DNA of 64,000 nt from contig CAWGAA010000003.1 of the NCBI GenBank assembly GCA_963820525.1, positions 64,001-128,000 on the forward strand. The letters are read 5' to 3'. A program made the translations under genes and the position numbers. The notes beneath the pieces are model-generated. The model had not been told where the DNA came from and did not search any database. It was given only the letters and a program-made list of their open reading frames with translations. This document shows, piece after piece, positions 48,797-58,920 of this stretch. The first letter of the stretch is position 1. The number at the start of each line of letters is the position of its first letter. Source of the DNA: an uncultured Spirochaetota bacterium (GTDB lineage: Bacteria > Spirochaetota > Spirochaetia > SZUA-6 > Fen-1364).

Positions 48797-50095
48797 ATGG
48801 AGAGGGTTTCGATCGCGAACATCGGCGGCGCCGTGGGCCGGGACGTGGAGATCTGGGGCTGGCTGTACAACCTCAGATCAAAGGGAAAGATCGCCTTCCT
48901 CCAGCTGCGCGACGGCACGGGGCGGATCCAGGGCGTCGCGGAGGAGGGCGCCTGCGGGGCCGAGTGCTTCGCGCTGATCGCGGGGCTCAAGATGGAAGCG
49001 TCCGTCAAGGTGCGCGGCCGGGTGCAGGAGGATCCCCGGGCGCCGAGCGGCTACGAGCTCACCGTCTCCGGCCTCGACGTCGTGCAAAACCCGGCGGAGG
49101 ATTATCCCATATCCAAAAAGGAGCACGGCATCGATTTCCTCCTGGAGAACCGCCACCTGTGGCTGCGCTCCAGCAGGCCCGCCGCCATCATGCGCATCCG
49201 CGATCAGGCCATCCATTCATTGCGTACCTTCTTCCATGACAGGGGCTTTATCCTGATAGACACGCCGATCCTCACCGGCTCCATCGGGGAGAGCGCCGGC
49301 ACGCTCTTCACGGTCCCGTACTTCGATCTGGGAAACGCCTACCTCGCCCAGACCGGCCAGCTCTACCTGGAGGCCGCGTGCGCTGCGTATGGCAAGGTCT
49401 TCAACTTCGGCCCCACCTTCCGCGCCGAAAAGTCCAAGACACGGCGGCACCTCACCGAGTTCTGGATGCTCGAGGCCGAAGTGGCCTATGCCGACAACGA
49501 GGACAACATAAGGCTCCAGGAGGACATGGTAAGCGCGGCCGTCGCCGGGGTGCTGGCCAACTGCTCGAAAGAGCTCGAGAGCCTGGAGCGCGACCGGGAG
49601 CCGCTTTCGAAGGTGGCCCCGCCCTTTCACCGCGTGGACTACGGCGAGGCGGTGAAGATCCTGCAGTCAAAGGGAAGCGCCATCTCCTGGGGAGATGACC
49701 TCGGCGGGGAGGACGAGACCATCCTCACGAAGCTCTACGACAAGCCTGTATTCGTGACCAACTACCCCAAGAAGGCCAAAGCCTTCTATATGAAAGAGAA
49801 CCCCGCCAACCCGGAGACGGTCCTCTGCTCGGACCTGCTCGCCCCCGAGGGCTATGGGGAGATCATCGGCGGCTCCCAGCGCGAGGATATTCTGGAGAAG
49901 CTCCTCGCCCGCATCCGTGAGGAGAAGCTCCCTGAAGAGACCTACGGCTGGTATCTGGACCTCCGCAAGTTCGGCACGGTGCCGCACTCCGGGTACGGTA
50001 TGGGGCTCGAGCGGACCCTGGCCTGGATCTGCGGGCTGCAGCACATCAGGGAGAGCATTCCCTTCCCCAGGACGATATCGAGGATATATCCGTAG
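48797..50095 (+). CDS. asnS: Asparaginyl-tRNA synthetase
   Basis: GPTFRAEKSKTRRHLTEFWMLE, GYGEIIGGSQRE, VPHSGYGMGLER. Confidence 0.95.
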   Translation: MERVSIANIGGAVGRDVEIWGWLYNLRSKGKIAFLQLRDGTGRIQGVAEEGACGAECFALIAGLKMEASVKVRGRVQEDPRAPSGYELTVSGLDVVQNPAEDYPISKKEHGIDFLLENRHLWLRSSRPAAIMRIRDQAIHSLRTFFHDRGFILIDTPILTGSIGESAGTLFTVPYFDLGNAYLAQTGQLYLEAACAAYGKVFNFGPTFRAEKSKTRRHLTEFWMLEAEVAYADNEDNIRLQEDMVSAAVAGVLANCSKELESLERDREPLSKVAPPFHRVDYGEAVKILQSKGSAISWGDDLGGEDETILTKLYDKPVFVTNYPKKAKAFYMKENPANPETVLCSDLLAPEGYGEIIGGSQREDILEKLLARIREEKLPEETYGWYLDLRKFGTVPHSGYGMGLERTLAWICGLQHIRESIPFPRTISRIYP

Positions 50096-50360
50096 ACAGG
50101 GATGTCGGAGCCGCGCCGAGGCAAGGATGCCGGAAGGTGCGGCATTAGCGCGGTGGAAGCGCAGCGAGCACCGCGCGGCAGGGGCCCCGCGCCGGCAGCT
50201 GTTTGCGAAGCAAACAGCGAGAGGCGTGGGGAAATACTGTCTGAGGGGCGCCGCAGCCCCGCGCCGGCTTGCCGAAGGCAAACGCCGCGAGGATGCCGGA
50301 AGGCGCGGCGCTAGGCCGGCAGCCGCGCCGAGGCAAGGGCTCTGTACAGTGCGGCCAGCG
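50095..50360 (+). repeat. Cluster of GC-rich hairpins and direct repeats downstream of asnS
   Basis: AGCCGCGCCGAGGCAAGG at 50109 and 50321; GGATGCCGGAAGG twice; GCTGTTTGC-GAA-GCAAACAGC; GAC-AGGGAT-GTC; GGC-AAGGAT-GCC. Confidence 0.75.
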
Positions 50361-50376
50361 GCAACCGCCGCGAGGT

Positions 50377-50766
50377 TCACTGCTTCACATAAGGACCCGT
50401 GTCAGTGCCAGTTGCCGGGTAGCTGGTCGGTGAAATAGAGTATGAGAAACTCGAGCCGCTTATGGAATAGGTAACAAAGACGGGGCCGCTCGTTCCAGTG
50501 TAATAACCGGTGGCACCAGTGATAGTGCCATGTATGTGATGAGCGGCTTCATCGTATGAGTCGATTGAGATAGTCAGAGTCCCGACAATGGATATTATAA
50601 AAGAATAATTCGAATTCTGCACCCATGAAGTACCGCTCAATGTGAGGGTGTCAGTGCCAATGGGAGCCGTCAAGACCCATGTTCCGGCAAACTCAGGGCC
50701 GCTCGAGCCTATAGACCGCTCCTTTTGGATCGATACTTTGCGATCAACGTGAAATATAGCACACAT
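50377..50766 (-). CDS. AT-rich small beta-rich protein, possibly a 5'-truncated exported protein
   Basis: AGTWVL motif and Ser/Thr-rich strands; no signal peptide; atypical codon usage. Confidence 0.4.
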   Translation of the reverse strand: MCAIFHVDRKVSIQKERSIGSSGPEFAGTWVLTAPIGTDTLTLSGTSWVQNSNYSFIISIVGTLTISIDSYDEAAHHIHGTITGATGYYTGTSGPVFVTYSISGSSFSYSISPTSYPATGTDTGPYVKQ

Positions 50767-50871
50767 TAAGGAGAAATGGAGCCAAAGCCCCTCTCTTGGC
50801 TTAGCACCGTGCCTGTGCTATACCTACACAAAATGGGTCAGCTCTTTCACTCCTCAGAAAAGGGAATCGGC

Positions 50872-52179
50872 ATGTACTGGCAGCAAGAGATCGAGACCCT
50901 CGATCGCGATGAGCTTGAAAAACTCCAGATCCAGGGGCTCGAGCGGACCCTGAAGCGGGCCGCGTGCTCGCCGTTCTATCGCGAGCGCCTTCCCCGTTCG
51001 GCCTCCCGGCGGATATCCTCCCTAGAAGAAGTCCAGGGCCTGCCCTTCACCACGAAGCAAGACCTCCGCGACCAGTTCCCCTACGGGCTTCTCGCCGTGC
51101 CCCTGGAGGAGGTCGTGCGGCTGCACTCCTCCTCCGGCACCACGGGCAACCCAACCGTGATCTACCACACGAAAGAGGATATCGAGTCCTGGCAGGACCT
51201 CATGGCCCGCTGCATCTATATGGCCGGGATGAGAAAGCACGACGTCTTTCAAAACATGATGGGCTACGGCCTTTTCACGGGAGGCATCGGCTTCCACTAC
51301 GGAGCGGAGAGGCTGGGCGCCCTCACCATCCCCATCGGCGCGGGAAACAGCAAGCGGCAGATCTGGTTCATGCAGTCCTTCAAGACGACGGCGGTCCACG
51401 TCCTTCCCAGCTACGCCTTGCGCCTCTCCACGCACCTCAAGGAGATGTCGATCGACCCCCGGAAGGATCTCAGCCTCCGCATGGCCTTCGTGGGGGCGGA
51501 GCCGCACACGGAGGAGACCCGCCGCAAGATAGAAGAGGTGTACGGAATCAAGGTCTACAACTCCTACGGCCTCTCCGAGATGTGCGGGCCGGGCGTTGCC
51601 TTTGAATGTCCCGAGCAGAGCGGGCTGCACCTCTGGGAAGATCACTTCTACATGGAGATCATAGACCCGGACACGGGCGCGGTCCTCCCTGAGGGGCAGT
51701 GGGGCGAGCTCGTCCTCACCTCGCTCAAGCGGGCCGCCACTCCCCTGATCCGATACAGGACGCGGGACCTCACCCGGATCATCCCGGGGCCGTGCCCCTG
51801 CGGAAGGACGCACAGGCGCATCGACAGGATCAAGGGAAGGTCCGACGACATGCTCATCATCAACGGCGTGAACGTTTTCCCCATGCAGATCGAGATGACC
51901 CTGATGCGCATGCCCGCAATCGGGGACAACTACCTCATCGAGATCCACGAAGAGAACTACATGGACAAGCTCCACGTGAGCGTGGAGCTGAAGGCGGATG
52001 CTTTCCAGGGCACCCTCTCCGAGGTCGAGAGCCTCAAGGCGCGCGTCACGGAGGAGCTGAAGAGCGAGCTGGGAGTTTCTCCCGTCGTGAAACTCCTGGA
52101 GGCGGGAAGCCTTCCCGCCTCCGAGGGAAAGGCCGTGCGCGTCGTTGACCTGCGAAAGCAATCGGGGAAGGGAGGCTGA
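50872..52179 (+). CDS. paaK: Phenylacetate-CoA ligase family protein (copy 1)
   Basis: LPFTTK, HSSSGTTGNP, YGLFTGG, YGLSE, RYRTRD, GRSDDM. Confidence 0.88.
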   Translation: MYWQQEIETLDRDELEKLQIQGLERTLKRAACSPFYRERLPRSASRRISSLEEVQGLPFTTKQDLRDQFPYGLLAVPLEEVVRLHSSSGTTGNPTVIYHTKEDIESWQDLMARCIYMAGMRKHDVFQNMMGYGLFTGGIGFHYGAERLGALTIPIGAGNSKRQIWFMQSFKTTAVHVLPSYALRLSTHLKEMSIDPRKDLSLRMAFVGAEPHTEETRRKIEEVYGIKVYNSYGLSEMCGPGVAFECPEQSGLHLWEDHFYMEIIDPDTGAVLPEGQWGELVLTSLKRAATPLIRYRTRDLTRIIPGPCPCGRTHRRIDRIKGRSDDMLIINGVNVFPMQIEMTLMRMPAIGDNYLIEIHEENYMDKLHVSVELKADAFQGTLSEVESLKARVTEELKSELGVSPVVKLLEAGSLPASEGKAVRVVDLRKQSGKGG

Positions 52180-52181
52180 AG

Positions 52182-52610
52182 ATGGCATTCCACCTTTCCG
52201 TCTTTGTCGCGAACGAGCCGGGAAAACTGGAGAAGATCACGCACGTGCTGGCGGACGCGGGCCTGAACATCCGCGCCGTCTCCGTGGCCAGCGCCGGCCA
52301 ATTCGGCGTGGTGCGGGTCCTCGTGAACGATCCCGACAAGGGAATGGAGGCCCTCAAGGAGCACAAGTTCACCGTCACCAAGAGGAGAATCCTCGTCGCG
52401 CTCATCGAAGACCGCCCCGGGGCCATGCACGATCTCCTGGTGACCCTGTCATCCAACAATGTGAACGTTGAGGACTGCTACGGCTTCGTGATCGAAGAGG
52501 GCAAGCGGGCCGCCATCGTCTTCGAGGTGGAGAAGTTCCCCGAAGCGGAGAAAGCTCTCAAGGCAACAAAGATCCATCTCATCTCCGATAGGGAGATATA
52601 CAGATTGTAG
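52182..52610 (+). CDS. Tandem ACT domain protein
   Basis: LSVFVANEPGKL...NIRA; DRPGAM...NVE. Confidence 0.88.
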   Translation: MAFHLSVFVANEPGKLEKITHVLADAGLNIRAVSVASAGQFGVVRVLVNDPDKGMEALKEHKFTVTKRRILVALIEDRPGAMHDLLVTLSSNNVNVEDCYGFVIEEGKRAAIVFEVEKFPEAEKALKATKIHLISDREIYRL

Positions 52611-52646
52611 GCGCCGGCCGGCAGGGCGCACAAGCGGAGGAACGTC

Positions 52647-53943
52647 ATGATCTGGAACACCGATTTCGAGACCCTCGCGCGCGCAAGCATGGACAAGCTG
52701 CAGAGCGAGAGGCTCGGCAGGCTCGTCGACACCCTCTACAGGAGGGTTCCCTTCTATAAGAAGAAGATGGAAGAGAAGGGGGTGAAGCCCCACGACATCC
52801 AGTCGATCAAGGACATTGCGCGGCTTCCCTTCACAACCAAGGACGAGATGCGGGAGGTGTACCCCTACGGCCTTCTGGCCACCAACATGCACGAGATCGT
52901 GGAGATCCACACCTCTTCGGGCACGACGGGAAAGCCCGTGGTGGACGCATACACGACGGGCGACATCGACGTATGGTCCGAGGTGATGGCCCGCACGCTC
53001 ACCACCGGCGGCACCACCAGGCACGACATCGTGCAGAACGCCTACGGCTACGGGCTTTTCACCGGCGGACTGGGCGTGCACTACGGAGCTCGGCGCATCG
53101 GAGCCACCGTGATCCCCATTTCCGGGGGCAACACGAAGCGCCAGCTCGCCATCCTGCAGGACTTCAAGACAACCGTCCTCGCCTGCACGCCGTCTTACTC
53201 CCTGTTCCTGGCCGAGGGGGCGCGGGAGGAAGGGCTGGATCCCACGAAGCTGGGGATCAAGGCCGGCTTCTTCGGCGCGGAGCCCTGGAGCGAAACCATG
53301 CGCAAGGAGATCCAGGAAAAGCTCAACCTGCTCGCCATCGACATCTACGGGCTTACCGAGATCATCGGCCCGGGTGTGGCATCCGAGTGCGAGCAGCAGA
53401 ACGGGCTTCACATCTTCGAGGACCACTTCTATCCCGAGATCATCGATGCGAAGACGGGCCGCGTGCTTCCCGACGGAGAAAAGGGGGAGCGTCATCACGA
53501 CCCTCACCAAGGAAGGCACCCCCGTTCTTCGCTACAGGACGCGCGACATCACGTACATCGATCACTCCCCGTGCCCCTGCGGAAGAACATCCGTGCGCAT
53601 GCACCGGGTGCTGGGGCGCACCGACGACATGCTGATCATCCGCGGGGTGAACGTGTTCCCTTCCCAGATCGAGGAGGTGATCCTCGCCATCGAAGGAGTG
53701 GAGCCGCACTACCAGCTCATCGTGGAGCGCCGCGACCAGCTGGACGAGCTGGAGGTCCAGGTGGAGATGAACGAGAAGCTGTTCTCCGACGAGATCAAGA
53801 TACTGGAAAAGACGGAGAAGAAGATCGAGGCAGACCTGTACGCGACGCTTAGCATCCACACGCGCGTCAAGCTGGTGGAGCCCAAGAGCATCGCCCGAAG
53901 CGAAGGCAAGGCCAAGCGGATCATCGACAAGCGTCAGCTGTAG
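52647..53943 (+). pseudogene. paaK: Phenylacetate-CoA ligase family protein (copy 2), frameshifted at ~53490
   Basis: N-part to ...PDGEKGE; C-part VITTLTKEG...RYRTRD...KAKRIIDKR in another frame. GAG C GTC here versus GAG CTC GTC in both paralogues indicates a 2-nt loss. Confidence 0.85.
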
Positions 53944-54019
53944 GCGCGACGCGGCGCCCCGCGGGCGCCCGCGGGGGGAGCCCTCGGGGCGTCCGCCCGA
54001 TACTGCAAGGAGGCATTCC

Positions 54020-54451
54020 ATGAGCGTGAAGCAGATTTCCGTGTTCCTGGAAAACAAGAAAGGCCGTCTGGCCGAGGTGACCCGCGTCCTCTCGCGGGAG
54101 AAGATCAACATCCGGGCCCTCTCCCTGGCGGACACGGCTGATTTCGGAGTGCTTCGGATCATCGTCAACAATCCCGAGCGCTGCCTCTCGGTTCTGAAGT
54201 CGGGCGGCTTCGTCGCCCAGGTTACCGAAGTGGTCGCCGTCGAGGTTCAGGACAAGCCGGGGGGACTCTCCCGGATCCTCGAGGTCCTCGACGCGGAGAA
54301 CGTCAATGTCGAGTATATGTACGCGTACGTCGAGAAGACCAAGGACAATGCCATCGTGATCTGCAAGATCGACGACAGGGAACGGGCGCTCACCGTGCTT
54401 GCGAAAAACGATATTCCCACGGTGAACGGAGAGGTCCTCAAGACCTTGTAG
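54020..54451 (+). CDS. Tandem ACT domain protein
   Basis: QISVFLENKKGRL, NIRALSLADTADFGVLR, DKPGGL, NVEYMYA. Confidence 0.9.
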   Translation: MSVKQISVFLENKKGRLAEVTRVLSREKINIRALSLADTADFGVLRIIVNNPERCLSVLKSGGFVAQVTEVVAVEVQDKPGGLSRILEVLDAENVNVEYMYAYVEKTKDNAIVICKIDDRERALTVLAKNDIPTVNGEVLKTL

Positions 54452-54614
54452 CCCGCGGAGACGGCCCCAGGGCGCGCGCGCAGGCCATCCCCGCCCTGCT
54501 CTCTCTTTTTCATTGCCTTCAGGCGAACGTCTTCGCTATATTGCATGAAAGCCCGACTCAAGACGGCATTGGACGCGCGTTCAACGGTTCGATCGGGCGC
54601 GAAAGGAGAAGGCT

Positions 54615-55394
54615 ATGAAAAACAGAGCCGTTCTCTGGGGCGTCATCAACTGGGCGCTCCTGGCCGGGGTTCTCGTTGTGAACACCCTCTCCGTGGTCCT
54701 TCCGCTGAACGGTAGGACTCCGGGGGAGATCGCGGACAGCTTCCGGGTTCTCTTCGAGCCCGCGGGGTACGTGTTCTCCATCTGGAGCCTGATCTACATC
54801 GGGCTTGTCGCGTTCGCCGTGTTCCAGCTGCTCCCCTCCCAGCGGGACAACCCGCGGGTTCGAGCCACTGACGGCTGGTTCGCCCTCAGCTGCCTGGCCA
54901 ACATCGGGTGGATCTTCTCCTGGCACTACGGGCGGTACCCGTTGAGCATGGCCGCGATGCTCGTCCTCCTGGCGTCGCTTATCGCGATCTACCTCTCGCA
55001 GCGCTCGCCGCGAAGCGCCGCAGCGTCGCTCACCCTGGGCACGCGGATTCTGGCACGCGCCCCTTTCAGCCTGTACCTGGGATGGATCAGCGTCGCAACT
55101 ATCGCCAATGCGGCAGCCGTCCTCTCGTGGGCCGGTTTCTCGGGATTCGGCGTCTCCCCCGTCGCATGGACAGTGATCGTCTCCTGCTTGGCGGCCGTGC
55201 TCTCCGCGGCGATGTCGATCAGGAACCGCGAAATCATATTCCCCGCCGTGGTCGTGTGGGCATTGATAGGAGAAATCGTCAGGCAGGCAGCCGTCCCCGC
55301 CATCGTGTGGGGCTGCATTGCCGCCATTTCCGTGGCTGCCGTTGCCGCGGTTGACGGCATCCTCGTAAGGCCGGCGCCGAAAACCGCCCGCTGA
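54615..55394 (+). CDS. TspO-like tryptophan-rich membrane protein
   Basis: PAGYVFSIWSLIY, NIGWIFSWHY, PFSLYLGWISVATIAN. Confidence 0.75.
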   Translation: MKNRAVLWGVINWALLAGVLVVNTLSVVLPLNGRTPGEIADSFRVLFEPAGYVFSIWSLIYIGLVAFAVFQLLPSQRDNPRVRATDGWFALSCLANIGWIFSWHYGRYPLSMAAMLVLLASLIAIYLSQRSPRSAAASLTLGTRILARAPFSLYLGWISVATIANAAAVLSWAGFSGFGVSPVAWTVIVSCLAAVLSAAMSIRNREIIFPAVVVWALIGEIVRQAAVPAIVWGCIAAISVAAVAAVDGILVRPAPKTAR

Positions 55395-55523
55395 AAGGCC
55401 TCGCGCCCGCGGCTGTCGGAGCGCTCAGGAGGCCCGCGCCTCATCCCGCTCGCAGAGAGAACGCACGTGACGGCCGCAGGCCCTTGCCTCGGCGAGAGAC
55501 TCTCTGCGATAATCCCGCCGGTC

Positions 55524-56513
55524 ATGCCGCAGGAGCCGCTCTCCATTGGGAGTCTCTTTTCCGGTGGCGTCATCGTCACCTACCGCTGCACTTCGCGCTG
55601 CCGCCACTGCCTCTATGCCAGCTCCCCCCGCAGGGAGAACCGCTATATCAGCCGCGAAACGGCGGCCGCGGCGTTTCGCATCATCAGGAGGATGGGCTGC
55701 GATTCGGTTCACATCGGAGGCGGCGAGCCCTTTCTGGACACGGAAGGGCTTTTCGGTCTCCTGGAGGCGGCCCGGGATTCGGGAGTGGGTATCGAGTATA
55801 TAGAGACCAACTCCTCATGGTTCCACGGCGAGGCATCCGCAGCGGCCATGCTGAAGAGCCTGTCGGCCCTGGGAGCGCGCACGCTCCTGGTGTCGATCAG
55901 TCCCTTTCACAACGAGTACGTGCCGTTCAACAGGGTCCGGGGAGTCATCGCCGCATGCCGGCGCGCGGGAGTCTCCGTATTCCCCTGGGTGGATGGATTC
56001 ATCGAGGACCTCTCGCGGATGGACGGCGATTCGATCCATGCGCTGGAGGAGTACCTCGAACGATTCGGCCCCGACTATGTCCAGAATCTCCCCTCCCGCT
56101 ACTGGATAAGCTGGGGGGGCCGGGCGGTATCCACCTTTCAGGGGCTTTTTCCCGCCGTGCCCCTCGATGAGCTCGGCGCCGCGCGCCGGGGATGCTCCGA
56201 GCTTTCCGACACCTCGCACTTCCACATCGATCTCGATGGAAACTACGTCCCCGGGCTCTGCAGCGGCCTCGCCATCGATATGAAAGACCTCGCCTCCCCC
56301 CTCGATGCCGCTCGCTATCCCCTCATCACGATTCTCCACAACGACGGCCCGGCCGCGCTCGCCGAGCACGCTCGAAAAACGCAGGGTTTCAATCCGAAAG
56401 GCGAATACATGAACAAGTGCCACCTCTGCCTCGATGTGCGAAGGTTCCTGGTAACCGAGAGGGGGCTTCGAACTCCCGAGCTGACACCCGGAGAGTTCTA
56501 TGGAAACCTTTAG
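55524..56513 (+). CDS. Radical SAM protein
   Basis: CTSRCRHC, GGGEPF, C-terminal KCHLC. Confidence 0.88.
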   Translation: MPQEPLSIGSLFSGGVIVTYRCTSRCRHCLYASSPRRENRYISRETAAAAFRIIRRMGCDSVHIGGGEPFLDTEGLFGLLEAARDSGVGIEYIETNSSWFHGEASAAAMLKSLSALGARTLLVSISPFHNEYVPFNRVRGVIAACRRAGVSVFPWVDGFIEDLSRMDGDSIHALEEYLERFGPDYVQNLPSRYWISWGGRAVSTFQGLFPAVPLDELGAARRGCSELSDTSHFHIDLDGNYVPGLCSGLAIDMKDLASPLDAARYPLITILHNDGPAALAEHARKTQGFNPKGEYMNKCHLCLDVRRFLVTERGLRTPELTPGEFYGNL

Positions 56514-56727
56514 CGGGCGGCCGGCAGACAAACACGTGTTCGGCGCCACGGCCGAGGAATAGGAGAATACTCGGGCGGCTGCTCTTGAACGGGGCGGCTT
56601 TCATGGCGAAGTCGCCCCATTTTTTTCTCGGCGCACATCCTCGCGTTCTTATCTTGACAGTTTTGATAAAGTTTGCTTTTCTGTATAATTATTCATTTCT
56701 GTCTTTATAAAGAAGGAGGAACCTGAA

Positions 56728-57873
56728 ATGAAGAAGATCCTTTTCGGGGCATTCTGTCTTTTGGCGGCCCTCGGTGCCGTCCTGCCCCTTGCCGCGGCTG
56801 ACACGATAAAGATCGGTGCCATCCTCGCCGTGACCGGACCAGCGGCCAACCTCGGATCTCCCGAGGCGAAAACCCTGCAGATGCTCGTCGACGACACCAA
56901 CAAAGCGGGCGGGATCCTGGGCAGGCAGATCGAATTGATCCTCAAGGATTCCGGGGGGAGCCCGGACAAGGCGATCTCTTTCGCCAAGCAGCTAATCGAG
57001 GAGGACCAGGTCCTCGCGATCATCGGGCCTTCGACCAGCGGCGAATCGATGAAGATCAAGAGCCTCTGCGAAGACAACGAGACCATCCTCGTCTCCTGCG
57101 CCGCGGCGGAGACCATCGTCAACCCGGTGGCCAAGTGGGTGTTCAAGACCCCCCAGATGGACAGCTTTGCGGCGACGGCAATCTTCAACACCATGAAGAA
57201 GCTGGGGATCTCCACCATCGGCGTCGTGGTGAGCAACACCGGTTTCGGCCAGGGAGGAAAGGCGCAGCTGGAGAAGCTGGCTCCCGCGGCGGGAATAACG
57301 ATCCTCGCCACGGAGGTGTACGACCAGAATGCCACCGACCTCTCCGGCGTCCTGGCCAAGATCAAGGCCCAGAAGCCGCAGGCGGTTGTCAACTGGTCCA
57401 TCGAGCCGGCCCAGAGTCTGGTGCCCAAGAACATGAAACAGATCGGCATGAACGTTCCCCTCTTCCAGAGCCATGGGTTCGGCAACATCAAGTACGTCGA
57501 AGCTGCGGGCAGGGCTGCGGACGGGATCATCTTCCCCTGCGGCAGGCTTCTCGTCTCCGACGTTCTCCCGGCCGATCATCCCCAGAAACAGCTCCTGGTC
57601 AACTACAAGAAGGAGTACGAGTCGAAGTTCGCCGAGGACGTGAGCACCTTCGGCGGCCACGCGTACGATGCGTACCTGCTCATTACCGAGGCCGTGAAGA
57701 AGACAGGGTCCACGGACAAGTTCAAGGTCCGCGACGCGATCGAGAACACAAAGGGGCTCGTGGGGACCGCGGGAATCTTCAACTTCTCTCCCACGGACCA
57801 CAACGGCCTCACCATGGACGCCTTCGCGATGCTTACCGTGAAGGGCGGAAAGTTCGTCCTGTACACGAAGTAG
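56728..57873 (+). CDS. Liv-type ABC transporter substrate-binding protein
   Basis: Signal peptide, IKIGAILAVTGPAA.LG, NKAGGILGRQI, IIGPS; AGGAGG RBS after an AT-rich promoter region. Confidence 0.9.
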   Translation: MKKILFGAFCLLAALGAVLPLAAADTIKIGAILAVTGPAANLGSPEAKTLQMLVDDTNKAGGILGRQIELILKDSGGSPDKAISFAKQLIEEDQVLAIIGPSTSGESMKIKSLCEDNETILVSCAAAETIVNPVAKWVFKTPQMDSFAATAIFNTMKKLGISTIGVVVSNTGFGQGGKAQLEKLAPAAGITILATEVYDQNATDLSGVLAKIKAQKPQAVVNWSIEPAQSLVPKNMKQIGMNVPLFQSHGFGNIKYVEAAGRAADGIIFPCGRLLVSDVLPADHPQKQLLVNYKKEYESKFAEDVSTFGGHAYDAYLLITEAVKKTGSTDKFKVRDAIENTKGLVGTAGIFNFSPTDHNGLTMDAFAMLTVKGGKFVLYTK

Positions 57874-57888
57874 GACCGAGCCGGGGGC

Positions 57889-58908
57889 ATGAGCGGCGGC
57901 GAGATTGTTCAATACCTGCTGTCGGGGATCACGACGGGAAGCATCTACGCGATCATCGGCATCGGGTTCAACATCATCTACAACACGACGGGGATCATCA
58001 ACTTCGCCCAGGGCGAGTTCCTGATGCTCGGGGGGATGATCGCCATATCCCTGGCGAAGATCGTCCCCCTGCCCCTCGCAATCGCCGCCGCCGTGCTCGC
58101 GACCGGCCTCATCGGCGTGGCCATCCAGGTGGTCTTCCTTCGCTGGCTGAAGGACCCGGACGTGCTTCGCATGATCATCATCACGATCGGCCTCTCCATC
58201 CTCGTGCGTGAGGCCGCCCTGCACGTGTGGGACGAAAAGGTCCGCGCCCTGCCCTTTTTCACGGGTGACGAGACATCCTCCGTCGCGGTGCTGGGCGCCC
58301 GCATCTCTCCCCAGATATTCTGGATTCTCGGGGTCTCGCTCCTGCTCGTGCTTGGCCTTTCTCTTTTCTTCCGCTACAGCCTCCTGGGGCGCGCCATGCG
58401 GGCATGCGCCTCGAATGCCGTAGCGGCGCGCCTCTGCGGAATCAAGACCAGGTCCATGATCACGCTGTCCTTCTTTCTGGCGGCATCCATCGGAGCGTTG
58501 GCGGGATGCGTCGTCTCTCCCGTGACCCAGACCCAGTATGACATGGGTACCTCCCTCGCGGTGAAGGGCTTCACCTGCGCCGTGCTTGGCGGCCTGGGAA
58601 ACAGCACGGCGTCCGTCGTGGCGGGCCTGCTCATCGGCATTTTGGAATCGGCAAGCATCAGCGTTCTGCCCCTCGCCTTCAAGGACGTCGTTGCTCTGAG
58701 CATCCTCCTGGCAATCCTTTTCCTGAGGCCCCAGGGCCTCTTCGCCCTGAAGAAAAAAGGCCTCCTTGGCGGGCGCTCTGACATCCATGTCCGCGACCGC
58801 CTCGAGCCGACCCTGGCCAAGGGCGGGGGCTCGGACATGCGTGGGCGCCCGCTTGCGGGAGTGTCCACGCTGTTGGCCAGGCTCCTGCCGCCGCGGTGGC
58901 GGTCTTAG
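57889..58908 (+). CDS. livH: LivH-type permease with an atypical C-terminal tail
   Basis: GSIYA...INFAQGEF, GRAMRA, LGGLG, LRPQGLF. Confidence 0.88.
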   Translation: MSGGEIVQYLLSGITTGSIYAIIGIGFNIIYNTTGIINFAQGEFLMLGGMIAISLAKIVPLPLAIAAAVLATGLIGVAIQVVFLRWLKDPDVLRMIIITIGLSILVREAALHVWDEKVRALPFFTGDETSSVAVLGARISPQIFWILGVSLLLVLGLSLFFRYSLLGRAMRACASNAVAARLCGIKTRSMITLSFFLAASIGALAGCVVSPVTQTQYDMGTSLAVKGFTCAVLGGLGNSTASVVAGLLIGILESASISVLPLAFKDVVALSILLAILFLRPQGLFALKKKGLLGGRSDIHVRDRLEPTLAKGGGSDMRGRPLAGVSTLLARLLPPRWRS

Positions 58909-58920
58909 GGGAGCACACCG

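Noticed and set aside
50270..50310. c-di-GMP-I riboswitch (GGCAAAC...GCGA)
   Set aside because: The stem around GCGA is weak, the downstream GACGCAAAGC is missing, and the site lies between convergent genes.
53478..53495. Programmed ribosomal frameshift in paaK copy 2
   Set aside because: Comparison with both paralogues shows a simple 2-nt loss within a conserved Leu codon; no clear stimulatory structure.
53957..53976. 20-bp perfect palindrome CCCCGCGGGCGCCCGCGGGG as a terminator or operator
   Set aside because: Pure GC, no U tract, inside a co-oriented cluster; no function can be supported.
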